Part shown: positions 25,660 to 34,679 of the stretch, in pieces
Position numbering within the stretch: position 1 is the first letter of the stretch
Layout: each line of letters opens with the position of its first letter
IMG/VR virus record: IMGVR_UViG_3300024346_000007
DNA: 64,000 nt
From: a virus
Strand: one strand, 5' to 3'
Program-made: the position numbers and the translations under genes
Notes under the pieces: generated by a model
The model's database searches: none
The model's input: only the letters and a program-made list of their open reading frames with translations
What the model was told of the DNA's origin: nothing

Positions 25660-25928
25660 TACTGTACAACTCCCTCTTCTTCCTGTTGCTTATCTGCAGA
25701 TTTTTTATTGATGTACTTATCTACAGATGCAATACCGAAGGATCCTAAAGTCATCCAAAGAAAGGAATTGAATATAAACTCTTGAATTACAAGCTCTTTA
25801 CCCATATATCCGCTAATGATATCTGCTGCAGCAAATACTACCATCATGGCAAAGGAAAGGAAGCCTATGACAGATTTTTCATTAATGTCGTTACTGTCTT
25901 TGAATAGTGATATAATAAACTTTTTCAT
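25659..25928 (-). CDS. putative holin (2 TM)
   Basis: INEKSVIGFLSF...LGSFGIASVDK; charged tail. Confidence 0.6.
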   Translation of the reverse strand: MKKFIISLFKDSNDINEKSVIGFLSFAMMVVFAAADIISGYMGKELVIQEFIFNSFLWMTLGSFGIASVDKYINKKSADKQQEEEGVVQ

Positions 25929-26008
25929 AATATTAATTTTAAAAATTGTAACCCAATATTATGAAACCTGCTTAAATCTATTATAAATATGCTGCATATA
26001 TAAAAAGA

Positions 26009-26033
26009 GAAAGGGGGTAAAAACCCCCCTTCG
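26009..26033 (-). terminator. terminator downstream of tmRNA
   Basis: AAGGGGG...CCCCCTT stem followed by U-rich tail on minus strand. Confidence 0.7.
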
Positions 26034-26074
26034 TAATTAAACCTACACTAACTAAGTGGACCTAGTGGGATTCG

Positions 26075-26872
26075 CATTTGTATTCTTTTGTTAGATCCAC
26101 ATATTTATATAAAACATAAAAATGTTAAAATATAAACAAAATAGAAAGCTAACGGAGTTTGTCTGTGATTTTTGCAAATCTATAGCCACTAAGCCTACAA
26201 CAGAGTTGACCAGGAACTATAAACTTAACAGAAAAAACTTTTGTTCTAAAGTTTGTAGTTTAAAATATGGACATCTTGTTAGACCTAATATATCTAGATC
26301 AAATAGATATGACATATCAAAACATTCTGGAAATAGAGAAGACTTGTTTACTCCTTACAAATACACTTTTAATACTTGTAAAAGGAGATTTAAAGAATTT
26401 TCTATAACAATTGAAGATCTAAAAAATCAATGGGAATTACAAAAAGGCACTTGTCCTTATAGCAAAATGCTACTAGAACTTCCTGTCTATAATAAAAAAA
26501 CCCATCCATCTATTAGAGCTTCTTTAGATAGAGTTGATTCATCAAAAGGATATATTAAAGGAAATATACAATTTGTATCTACTTTAATAAATTTTATGAA
26601 ATCAAACCTATCTCATTATGAAACTTTAGATTTCATAGACAACCTCGTAAAGAACTACAACTCTTGTTACCAAGAGGATCAGACTATATCATCACCCGAT
26701 CTGGGTGCTGGACGCTAGTGCGGTTATTAAGAGACCTTTATCTCTCCGCTAGTCGTTGAACCTTCCTAAAGTGTACTTTAGGCTTGGCTGCTGATTGTCC
26801 TATGTTATAGGAGTTCCAGCAATTCATCCAGTTTTTAATCTAGTATTCCTACTAGATGGGTCCGATTCCACA
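26075..26872 (-). mobile_element. group I intron (798 nt) in the tmRNA T-loop
   Basis: P AAUUGCUGGAA, Q AAUCAGCAG, R GUUCAACGACUA, S GAUAUAGUCU; P3 CUGGAUG/CGUCCAG; IGS UCGGACCCAU; U.G at 5' splice site; terminal G. Confidence 0.92.
26122..26718 (+). CDS. intron-encoded HNH-like homing endonuclease, antisense to intron
   Basis: N-terminal CxxC..FCS..C Zn finger; QKG.CPYS, SLDRVDSSKGY..GNIQFV...N.MK. Confidence 0.85.
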   Translation: MLKYKQNRKLTEFVCDFCKSIATKPTTELTRNYKLNRKNFCSKVCSLKYGHLVRPNISRSNRYDISKHSGNREDLFTPYKYTFNTCKRRFKEFSITIEDLKNQWELQKGTCPYSKMLLELPVYNKKTHPSIRASLDRVDSSKGYIKGNIQFVSTLINFMKSNLSHYETLDFIDNLVKNYNSCYQEDQTISSPDLGAGR

Positions 26873-27099
26873 AACCCACGTCTTCGCAATGAACAATAAT
26901 ACCAGCATCTCACACGCTTAGTACTAACAATCAAGAGGGAGATCCCCCGTCATTTGCACCGTAGTTTTGATCTGCAAGCTGATCAGTAAGGGGATGTCCG
27001 GAGACAGCTAACCACCACCCCAGTCCTTATTTAAAGAGTCGATCGGGGAAACTCTATATTCCACTTTGTTTGAAGCGAGGTTGTAGACACCTCGGCGGA

Positions 27100-27171
27100 T
27101 TAAGCAAATGTTGCTTCATCGGCACCAACGAAGGCCATAAGGTCATCGAAGGTCATAGTTGACATCTCGTC
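27100..27171 (-). other. tmRNA tag reading frame (A)DEMSTMTFDDLMAFVGADEATFA*
   Basis: Resume codon GAC after AAUAAAU; ends GCU UAA. Confidence 0.7.
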
Positions 27172-27269
27172 ATTTATTCTTTCGTACAGATTTAAAGAGA
27201 ACTAGTACGGTGTCTCTGCGTGTGGTACTACCCTCCGATTACGAATCGATACCGGTTAGGCCCAGTTAT

Positions 27270-27497
27270 TTATAATTTAATGCTGCGTTTTTGTTGATAA
27301 GGATGATCAGCAGCGTATGCGCTGTCTTCTGCGGCTTGAGTTGAATCCAGAACATGTGCTGCAGAATCTAGTATTGGTTGTAAAGTATCTACACTACCGT
27401 CTGTACCTGATACATTGGTATCGATTGATGGTTCACTTGATCCACCACAAGAGATTGCAAACAAGGCTATTAAAATAATACTAAGTGCTTTTTTCAT
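27270..27497 (-). CDS. lipoprotein
   Basis: MKK + hydrophobic stretch + AISC lipobox. Confidence 0.75.
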   Translation of the reverse strand: MKKALSIILIALFAISCGGSSEPSIDTNVSGTDGSVDTLQPILDSAAHVLDSTQAAEDSAYAADHPYQQKRSIKL

Positions 27498-27532
27498 TTT
27501 TATTTTATTTTTGTAAAGTTACTTATAAATAT

Positions 27533-27871
27533 CTATATATTCAAATATTTCCTATTAGGCTTTTCTTTTAGCATGTCTAGGTGCTTTTTACCTATCACAC
27601 ACATCTCATACTCTTCATGCTTGATTAGGTTTTGAAGATTTGTTTCCAGGGTTTCCTGGAAGCTGGGTAATGATGTGTGCAGTGTTATCGCTATTGAATC
27701 AGTTATTATCCTAGCTATGTTAATTTTTTTAAGATTATTATCCATTGCATAGCATATCTTCTCAACTATAGCCATAGACAATTCCCTTTCATGTTCTACG
27801 AGAACTTCTTTAATAGTCATATCTTTATTTATGACTTCTATAATGTACAAGTCTTCGGCATCAAAATCCAT
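27533..27871 (-). CDS. hypothetical protein with UVR-like C-terminus (start probably MDFDAE)
   Basis: HEEYEMC; paralogous to 29312..29674. Confidence 0.55.
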   Translation of the reverse strand: MDFDAEDLYIIEVINKDMTIKEVLVEHERELSMAIVEKICYAMDNNLKKINIARIITDSIAITLHTSLPSFQETLETNLQNLIKHEEYEMCVIGKKHLDMLKEKPNRKYLNI

Positions 27872-28229
27872 ACTTCTCCGAGGTTTTATAGTACCAGTCC
27901 AAAATAAGTTTGAGATCTTCAAGAGTAGTTTTTTCTCCCAACCCTTCAATAAACTTTTCACACTTGGTGATCTCATTGTTTAAGTTTCTAATGTGATCGC
28001 TTTTTATTGTTTTTCTTTCGTAAAACCCTCTATGCTCTATTAACTTTTCTTTTATAGCTGGTAGTTTTTTATCAGCTTCTTTCCTTAGTATCTCTCCCTT
28101 GGACTTGTTAACTAAGAATGCAGTAAGTCCTGAAGCTCTTCCTGCAAATGCTAATAGTTTTTCAGACGCATCTTTCTTTTTTATAAGATCGTCAGCTGTT
28201 TTATTAACATAGTCTTTTCTAGCCATCAC
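27861..28229 (-). CDS. hypothetical protein
   Basis: Operon ORF. Confidence 0.55.
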   Translation of the reverse strand: MMARKDYVNKTADDLIKKKDASEKLLAFAGRASGLTAFLVNKSKGEILRKEADKKLPAIKEKLIEHRGFYERKTIKSDHIRNLNNEITKCEKFIEGLGEKTTLEDLKLILDWYYKTSEKYGF

Positions 28230-28924
28230 TTTCTATATGTAGATATTAAATCATCACCAAAGTTATCAGGTCTTTCTTCCTCTTTATAAATATACTTATT
28301 TTCTAAGTTAACTGATTCCTTAATGGCTTCTTCATGCTTTACTGGTAAATCTAGATCAATACTTACAGATCTAAGGTCGGTGTAATCTTCCATAACAGAT
28401 AGCTGTTTGTTCGTGAATACTTCTCCTACACACAAGAAAAAACAATTATAACAAAGAAATTCTACATTATCTATCTTCCAGTTCTTTTTATCCCCATCCC
28501 TAAAGTTCATAATTAAAGGAACTTTGTAGTCCAGTATCCTTTGTTCTTTAAATCCACATCTACAACACTCCTCTTTTATAATGCCATGCTGGAGCATTTG
28601 ATGTTTTAATATCTTAATAGATACGAAAGTCTTTGACACTCTACCTTCCATTATATCTACAATAGAAGCTTTGTCATGTCTCCTTTTACTAAACTTAGGT
28701 ATGCCTTTAGCTGCTTGATTCTTATGCAAGTCGTAAAGAGTTACGCCTTCTCCATTCCTGTACATCCTTGCATACTTTCTATAGGTTGTGAAGGATACTC
28801 CAAGAAATTTAGCAGCTGCCTTGTTAGACATTGTATCACGCATGGCCCTTTCAATCTCTTGTCTTTCTATATTCAAGTCTTGGCCTCTGTTTGATTTTTG
28901 CTTTTTAAATGATTTTATTTGCAT
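28226..28924 (-). CDS. HTH plus HNH-like Zn-finger protein
   Basis: AAKFLGVSF.TY..YA; CCRCG...DG...NW...N..FLCYNC. Confidence 0.7.
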   Translation of the reverse strand: MQIKSFKKQKSNRGQDLNIERQEIERAMRDTMSNKAAAKFLGVSFTTYRKYARMYRNGEGVTLYDLHKNQAAKGIPKFSKRRHDKASIVDIMEGRVSKTFVSIKILKHQMLQHGIIKEECCRCGFKEQRILDYKVPLIMNFRDGDKKNWKIDNVEFLCYNCFFLCVGEVFTNKQLSVMEDYTDLRSVSIDLDLPVKHEEAIKESVNLENKYIYKEEERPDNFGDDLISTYRK

Positions 28925-28926
28925 AA

Positions 28927-29340
28927 CTATGCATTTTTATTTAATAAGTACCACAAATCATTTGGTGTGTTTAATGGAACTACATTACTGTCTTCATCAA
29001 CTAGATCTAGGACAGATCCGTCTGAGCAGTACCTATCGTATAGGAAAAAATTAATTAGGTTTATCTGTTGTTTATTGAAGCTGAATGTGAGGAAATCTGT
29101 TATTACATCAAAGAATACTTGATTATATTTAGTCATGTCCATACTATGAACCTCATCTAAAACGACTGCTCTTTCCTCAACTGTTATAATAGACTCCATT
29201 ATTCTAATGAATAATATTCTCTTGTGGTCTTCTTGAGTCTTTTTTATTTTTCTAAAAGAAGTCTCCTGTCCTATAATTTTATCTATAGCTACCTTAACAT
29301 TTTGATCGTGGCTATTCTGCGGATCGAATTCTTTTTTCAT
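28927..29340 (-). CDS. conserved phage hypothetical protein
   Basis: FFLYDR..DG, TP.DLW. Confidence 0.65.
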   Translation of the reverse strand: MKKEFDPQNSHDQNVKVAIDKIIGQETSFRKIKKTQEDHKRILFIRIMESIITVEERAVVLDEVHSMDMTKYNQVFFDVITDFLTFSFNKQQINLINFFLYDRYCSDGSVLDLVDEDSNVVPLNTPNDLWYLLNKNA

Positions 29341-29674
29341 AACTTATCGATTGGATAATATCTTTACACTGTTTACATTTCTCATAATCTTCTAACTCTG
29401 CATAGAAATCTATTGCTTTTTCTATAGCAGAAGTCCAATTATCTTTACTCAAAGATACGGAACTATCTTCACTTAGTTTGAAAATTTCAGCATACTCTTT
29501 TTTCTTTTGTATGCTAAAGTTTATTGCATCTATAAGATTATCAAATACTATTTTTTGAGTCTCTGACATCATAGATATCTCACTGTAATCAGAGAAGTCT
29601 CTAACTGTATAATTCAGAAAAGGCACTGTTCTCTTTTTCTTTACCTCCTTATTTCTTTTCTGGTTCATATTCAT
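29312..29674 (-). CDS. hypothetical protein with UVR-like C-terminus
   Basis: AIDFY..LEDYEKC. Confidence 0.6.
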   Translation of the reverse strand: MNMNQKRNKEVKKKRTVPFLNYTVRDFSDYSEISMMSETQKIVFDNLIDAINFSIQKKKEYAEIFKLSEDSSVSLSKDNWTSAIEKAIDFYAELEDYEKCKQCKDIIQSISYEKRIRSAE

Positions 29675-29678
29675 AGTT

Positions 29679-30479
29679 TTAGAAAATATTTATTGCCTCC
29701 TTTATTGCTGATAGCATACTGGCTTCTTGGAGCTGTCCATCCCCAGAAGGAGTGTCTGGTGCAAAGTCTGATATACAGAATATAGTGTCCATCAGTTTGT
29801 CTCCTTTTGGATTAAAGTCTGCTTTAGGTGGTGCTGTGAAAGTTTTTGTGGAGTCTACATCCCAATTCTTAATTCGGTCTACTCTAAAAAATCTCCATCC
29901 AGGAAGGGCTTTTTTCTCTGGGCTTTTTTCACCGCTAACAGATTTACCGGATCCTACCCAAGCCCTAACATAGTTAACTCCTTTTCTAGACCCAAAACAT
30001 ACTGGCTGTACTTCGGTACGCCATCCAGGAGCCTCTTCCTCATCTCCCATATATTCCATCTTAACTAATCTCTTATTAGTAATAGCCTCACATATTTTAT
30101 CATTAACCCCAGTAAACTTTCTTTGTTTAACAACAACTCTACTAACAGGAGCCTTCTTAGGTTTTTCCTTAGACAGTTTCTCTTTCTCTTTAGCAGCGGT
30201 AGTAGCTGGGATTGTGCTTAGTACATTCCAGTTAGTTATCTTCTTCTGTACATACTTCTTAAGAACAGGCTTCTTGCCTAGCCCTTCTATCTCATAGGCT
30301 ACCATTACCTTATCATCACCCTCTCCTTCTATACGAATAGGTTCTATCTTTTTCCAGCCTTTGTTGGAATCGTTATCTCCTTGATAATATATGGACACTT
30401 GCTTACCAGAAGATAGCATCTTCTGTGCTGTAGCATCGTCCATGGGGGCTTCTAATAATAAATTAAGTAAATTTCTCAC
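29679..30479 (-). CDS. tandem WYL-domain protein
   Basis: Two repeats: Y.G....GW..IEP / Y.G....GWR..QP..G....VRAW...GWRFFRVDRI. Confidence 0.8.
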   Translation of the reverse strand: MRNLLNLLLEAPMDDATAQKMLSSGKQVSIYYQGDNDSNKGWKKIEPIRIEGEGDDKVMVAYEIEGLGKKPVLKKYVQKKITNWNVLSTIPATTAAKEKEKLSKEKPKKAPVSRVVVKQRKFTGVNDKICEAITNKRLVKMEYMGDEEEAPGWRTEVQPVCFGSRKGVNYVRAWVGSGKSVSGEKSPEKKALPGWRFFRVDRIKNWDVDSTKTFTAPPKADFNPKGDKLMDTIFCISDFAPDTPSGDGQLQEASMLSAIKEAINIF

Positions 30480-30482
30480 GTA

Positions 30483-30505
30483 TATAAATATCTATAGCAA
30501 AGATA
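30483..30505 (-). promoter_or_regulatory. tandem TATCTTTG (-7) and ATATTTATA motifs
   Basis: CAAAGATA 30498-30505 and TATAAATAT 30483-30491 on + strand. Confidence 0.55.
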
Positions 30506-30509
30506 GTTA

Positions 30510-31364
30510 TTATACATTATATATCAAATCTTTATAAAAATGATAGTGGCAGACTCCCAGCTTCTCAAAATATATATTTTTATGGGATGGGTCTCCTATT
30601 TTATTTATTTCGACCATATCAAGGAGATCCTCGAACTGATCTTTAAGTAAACAGTATTTTTTTAGATCTTTGGTAGTCCTTCCTAAGTGAGTCTCGCAAT
30701 CAAACTTAATATCAAATGGCATATCCCAAGGCTTTACAGCTTGGTTTTGTGCCTTAGCTTCCTCATAAATAGTAATTTTAGTATTGATATCACTCCCGTA
30801 AAGAGTATCAATATTAGTGACATCAAGAATAAAAAAAGGAGTTTGAGGAGTGTAAAACCCTGTGTCAAACGTTTCATAAACTTTACGTAGATTCTTTTTT
30901 CCACCTGCTTTTATTATGGATTCATAGCTAAATCCGGGTAAGTAATAGAATTCTGCCTCCTCCACTTCCAGTTCAAGTAGGTCTGTAGTAGTTATTACAT
31001 CATCCATACTCTTCCATAAATATTGAACTTCCGGCAGTTCTCTCTTTATATACTCTAATATAGTCTCTTCTAAGTCTATGGTGCCGAACATATGCCCTCT
31101 ATTTACAGTAGAGTTCAGTATAATGCAATTAGGGACCAATCTACGCCATGTATTGTGATATTGGTTGATTGTATGTATTGGGGTGTCATCCAATCTATTT
31201 GTGGAGATAATGACCTGTGGGAACCGTTTTATGAACTCACCGTTGTATTGAAAAAACAAGTTAAGCTTTTCAAAACTATCTTTGGTGATTGTAGCTATCG
31301 TTGCATAGCATGATTGATCAACTATTGATTGTAGTTTCATCTTTAATGAATTGTGGGTACTCAA
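30510..31364 (-). CDS. putative GT-A-fold glycosyltransferase-like protein
   Basis: NRGH..G, WKSMDDV; cluster context. Confidence 0.45.
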   Translation of the reverse strand: MSTHNSLKMKLQSIVDQSCYATIATITKDSFEKLNLFFQYNGEFIKRFPQVIISTNRLDDTPIHTINQYHNTWRRLVPNCIILNSTVNRGHMFGTIDLEETILEYIKRELPEVQYLWKSMDDVITTTDLLELEVEEAEFYYLPGFSYESIIKAGGKKNLRKVYETFDTGFYTPQTPFFILDVTNIDTLYGSDINTKITIYEEAKAQNQAVKPWDMPFDIKFDCETHLGRTTKDLKKYCLLKDQFEDLLDMVEINKIGDPSHKNIYFEKLGVCHYHFYKDLIYNV

Positions 31365-32166
31365 TCATTAGGGATCTAATAGGTTCTGGATATTGGCTAA
31401 CAGGAACTACTGTATAAGATATCCCACTCCTTTTAAATATATCCTTACCGTTTTCTATAGCATCTGTAAGATTCTCTTCTGATATTATCTCTGGTCTATT
31501 AAATTCAGTATGTGCAAAAGATTCTATCTTAGTTCTTACTTTAGAGGGCCCTCCTAGATAGGAGAAATGCCATCCAGAATTAGGTATTCTAGTATAATGG
31601 TTTCTGTTGTCTCTAAGTTTTTGAGGTCCTTCTTTTTTATAATAGTCTCCCAAACAAGCTACCGTTCCATTCCAATATCTATCATACCCTTCCATCTGAC
31701 AGTTCATATAGTAGTAATGGAATAACATAGAGAATGATATTGCATTATTTACACCGTTTACTATTATATCGTTTTGTACTAAAGCAGTGATGGCCCTTGG
31801 GTCTGGGATCTCATCTAGGTCTCCTATAAGTACTAGATCCTCGTCATCTATTATTTCTTCTGCATATTGGATAGCCATCCTTTGTTGATTCTCCAATATC
31901 CATGATCCATTATTAGGAGTATATCTACTTACATTGTCAAAATTTAAACCCGCAGTAGACTGTTCTATAGGAAGATATAATATTTTATCTTGCCATTTTT
32001 TAAACCTGTCTATATTCTCTTCGTAGTAGTAAGGCTTTACTTTACCACTGTGTGTCATATTAGATTCACAAATGACGAACTTGTCTACCACATCTGATAA
32101 TAATCGAAGCCTAAGTTCTAGTAAATCTAGCTCATTAAAGAACGTAAAGCAATCTACAACTTTCAT
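31318..32166 (-). CDS. GT17 (beta-1,4-GlcNAc transferase)-like glycosyltransferase
   Basis: DCFTFFNELDLL..RL, ENQQR, DLDEIP, GWHFSY.G, KI.SFAH. Confidence 0.9.
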   Translation of the reverse strand: MKVVDCFTFFNELDLLELRLRLLSDVVDKFVICESNMTHSGKVKPYYYEENIDRFKKWQDKILYLPIEQSTAGLNFDNVSRYTPNNGSWILENQQRMAIQYAEEIIDDEDLVLIGDLDEIPDPRAITALVQNDIIVNGVNNAISFSMLFHYYYMNCQMEGYDRYWNGTVACLGDYYKKEGPQKLRDNRNHYTRIPNSGWHFSYLGGPSKVRTKIESFAHTEFNRPEIISEENLTDAIENGKDIFKRSGISYTVVPVSQYPEPIRSLMIEYPQFIKDETTINS

Positions 32167-32170
32167 AACA

Positions 32171-32803
32171 TTATTTAAATTTATAACCTGTTTGTTTTTC
32201 TATAAACTTTATACTTACTTCATGTGCTTTTAATCCTAAAACATTTGATCTCACATTAAAGAAATGAAATGCCATCCACTCTTTATTTTTAACAATGTAT
32301 ATAACTTTCCAACAATCTGTCGGTACTGTAACCCTTCCTATCTTACTTTGGGATCCCCAAGATCCAGACCATACTTTTACTGAATCATACTTTAGAGATA
32401 ACTCCCTCGTAAACTCTTCTAGTTGTTTCCAATCCCCTCTATTTACTGTCGGGTGTTGAGGCGTCATGTTAGAAAAGAAAAAAGACTCTCTCATAGATGT
32501 AGAATCACAAGCAGCATCAGCTGCTGTAAAATTATGACCTCTATCATATCCAGACTTATTATAATCCTTATATAGATCAGTCTGTTTAGGAAGTAGAGGA
32601 TCTGGTATAAATTTATTAGTTCTGGGGTATTTAGTGATGCAAGTTAATGATTTCTTAGTTACTACCCAATAAACTTTTTTAGGATACTTTAAAGATGTAT
32701 CAAAGCTTGTTTGATATTGTTTATGTTTAATAAATACTGTATGCTGTGTAAATGCAGTAATAGCTAAAAATACTAATAGAATAGCAAGCGTTATTTGTTT
32801 CAT
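32171..32803 (-). CDS. secreted DNA/RNA non-specific endonuclease
   Basis: Signal peptide; SGYDRGH, SNMTPQ...NRG.W..LE. Confidence 0.9.
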   Translation of the reverse strand: MKQITLAILLVFLAITAFTQHTVFIKHKQYQTSFDTSLKYPKKVYWVVTKKSLTCITKYPRTNKFIPDPLLPKQTDLYKDYNKSGYDRGHNFTAADAACDSTSMRESFFFSNMTPQHPTVNRGDWKQLEEFTRELSLKYDSVKVWSGSWGSQSKIGRVTVPTDCWKVIYIVKNKEWMAFHFFNVRSNVLGLKAHEVSIKFIEKQTGYKFK

Positions 32804-33522
32804 CGATCAAGTCTGTAATGTGTGAATAGTCCTTCTCCGTGTGCAACTGTGAAATCTTGTTCTTGCCACCACCCATCTATCTTTCCTTCTAGTTCATTGC
32901 CTTCTCCGGAAAACGGTGCTATGCTTTTGATATAGAACTCTTTATTATAAATACAAGGATTGTTTGTTTGATTGGCATACTTTGATTTAGCGTAATACAA
33001 TCCTGTTTCTAGATCTTTGCTTATGTAATCAGGGAAATCAGTATCAGGGTTTTCTCTCCAATGTACACACTCAAATAAATGTTTAGGACTATCAAATTCT
33101 CGATTCGCAAATTGCAAAGTATATAGAGGCTCTCCTGGAGCTCTTCTGCTTCTAAACTTAACTACATCAGCCTTACTTTTCTCAATCATATCCATACCTT
33201 TTGATAACTCACTATATACTATAGGAAAGAAATCAGGAAGGATAATCCAGTCGTTCTCTAGAAGTAGTATGTTATCCGTCTCTGCTGCGTGTGCTAGAGT
33301 ACTTAGCCCCTTCCCTATACCTACGTTAGTAGGGCTGAGTATTACATCCGTATTATATTTGGCTGCTATTTTATAATCGATGTCGCTACCTTCCTGTGCA
33401 AAAATACAGACATCGTTTACCATGTCCAACAACCCAGATCTTTTGTAGCTTTCCATTGTATTATGCAAAGTACTGTGCGCATTCCATGTAAGAATGCCTA
33501 TAGACAGATTAAGTTTATTCAT
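32800..33522 (-). CDS. GT2-like glycosyltransferase
   Basis: NVGIG, LLLENDW. Confidence 0.7.
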   Translation of the reverse strand: MNKLNLSIGILTWNAHSTLHNTMESYKRSGLLDMVNDVCIFAQEGSDIDYKIAAKYNTDVILSPTNVGIGKGLSTLAHAAETDNILLLENDWIILPDFFPIVYSELSKGMDMIEKSKADVVKFRSRRAPGEPLYTLQFANREFDSPKHLFECVHWRENPDTDFPDYISKDLETGLYYAKSKYANQTNNPCIYNKEFYIKSIAPFSGEGNELEGKIDGWWQEQDFTVAHGEGLFTHYRLDR

Positions 33523-33525
33523 GTG

Positions 33526-34068
33526 TTATTTTTTATTTACTTCAAAAATAATATCATCGTATCTATTTTTATTACTTCTTAAATCAAATACTTTGCAATC
33601 ACTTACTATTGATTTATCTAAGCTATTTTTTAATGGGTCTACCCAATCTATTTTTTGCAAATCCTCTATTATAAGTTTTCCTCCTGATTTTATCTTATGT
33701 ATCCATTTAGTAGTAGATATTATTTGAGATTCTAAAGTATGGGGACCATCATCTATAATGTAATCAAAGTACCCGTCAGGAAACTTATCTATGAACTCAT
33801 CTGTATATGCATCGTCTATTATTAATTTATCGTATATACGATCAGATTCGTATAGATCTTCGTTGTCCACTCCTACTATCTCAGAGTTTGTAAACCAAGA
33901 TTTCCACAAAACTATGGAAGGGCCTCTATGAACTCCTATCTCCATAAGTTTTATTTTCTCATCTCTCTTACCTAAAAATTCTTTAGAGTAATATCCTGAT
34001 ATATAATCGTGGGTTGATCCTTTATCGCTCTTGGCTCCTTGTTTAACGTAAAGTTCTTCTAGTGTCAT
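33526..34068 (-). CDS. class I SAM methyltransferase
   Basis: DKG..H.Y, EIGV..G.S, IIDDGPH, GG.LIIED. Confidence 0.85.
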   Translation of the reverse strand: MTLEELYVKQGAKSDKGSTHDYISGYYSKEFLGKRDEKIKLMEIGVHRGPSIVLWKSWFTNSEIVGVDNEDLYESDRIYDKLIIDDAYTDEFIDKFPDGYFDYIIDDGPHTLESQIISTTKWIHKIKSGGKLIIEDLQKIDWVDPLKNSLDKSIVSDCKVFDLRSNKNRYDDIIFEVNKK

Positions 34069-34679
34069 TACAGGCTAGTTTTAATAAAATCTTCTACGCT
34101 TATCAAATTTAACAGTCTTGATTTATTATCAAAGAAATAATTCCAAGATGATAGTGCTTTTTTATAATCTTCTATATCATTTTGTGTATCTCCTTTAGAA
34201 TCTTTAGAGATAACCCCACAGCCGCAATCTGTATCTACAGTAAAGAAACTATGATTACCTTTAGATCTAAATCTTAAAACAGACTTATACACATCTCCAT
34301 GCCATATAGGACTTACTCTCGGCACTAAAGTATACACTTCTTGTTCTGGGTTACAGTCGTGCATTACAATAACCCCATTGTCTCTAAGATGTAATAATGC
34401 ATTTTCTATATCAACATCTACTTGATAGGAATGATGTAACCCATCTATGAAGATAATATCGTACATCTTATCAGATCCTTTAATGCTCTTAAAGAAATCA
34501 TCTGATGTCATTGGATGAGTTACTTCTTCAGCTATATGACCTTCGGATCCTGGATCTACTCCGGTTCTATTTTCTGCAATGACTTCTCTCATACATTGTC
34601 CGGTGTACACGCCTATCTCTAAATAATCTTTATAACCCCGTTCTTTTATGAACTTGTTTATAATTTCGTATCTTTTCAT
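34068..34679 (-). CDS. class I SAM methyltransferase (Methyltransf_24-like)
   Basis: YLEIGV, FIDGLH, HDC.P, W.GDV. Confidence 0.85.
   Translation of the reverse strand: MKRYEIINKFIKERGYKDYLEIGVYTGQCMREVIAENRTGVDPGSEGHIAEEVTHPMTSDDFFKSIKGSDKMYDIIFIDGLHHSYQVDVDIENALLHLRDNGVIVMHDCNPEQEVYTLVPRVSPIWHGDVYKSVLRFRSKGNHSFFTVDTDCGCGVISKDSKGDTQNDIEDYKKALSSWNYFFDNKSRLLNLISVEDFIKTSL

Larger units (their letters stand above)
26057..27263 (-). ncRNA. ssrA: tmRNA, split by group I intron (exon 1 27263-26873, exon 2 26074-26057; about 409 nt spliced)
   Basis: 5' GGGCCUA pairs with UAGGUCC-A (G3.U alanine determinant, A73); spliced T arm GUGGG-UUCGAAU-CCCAC; tag ORF after AUAAAU. Confidence 0.92.
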
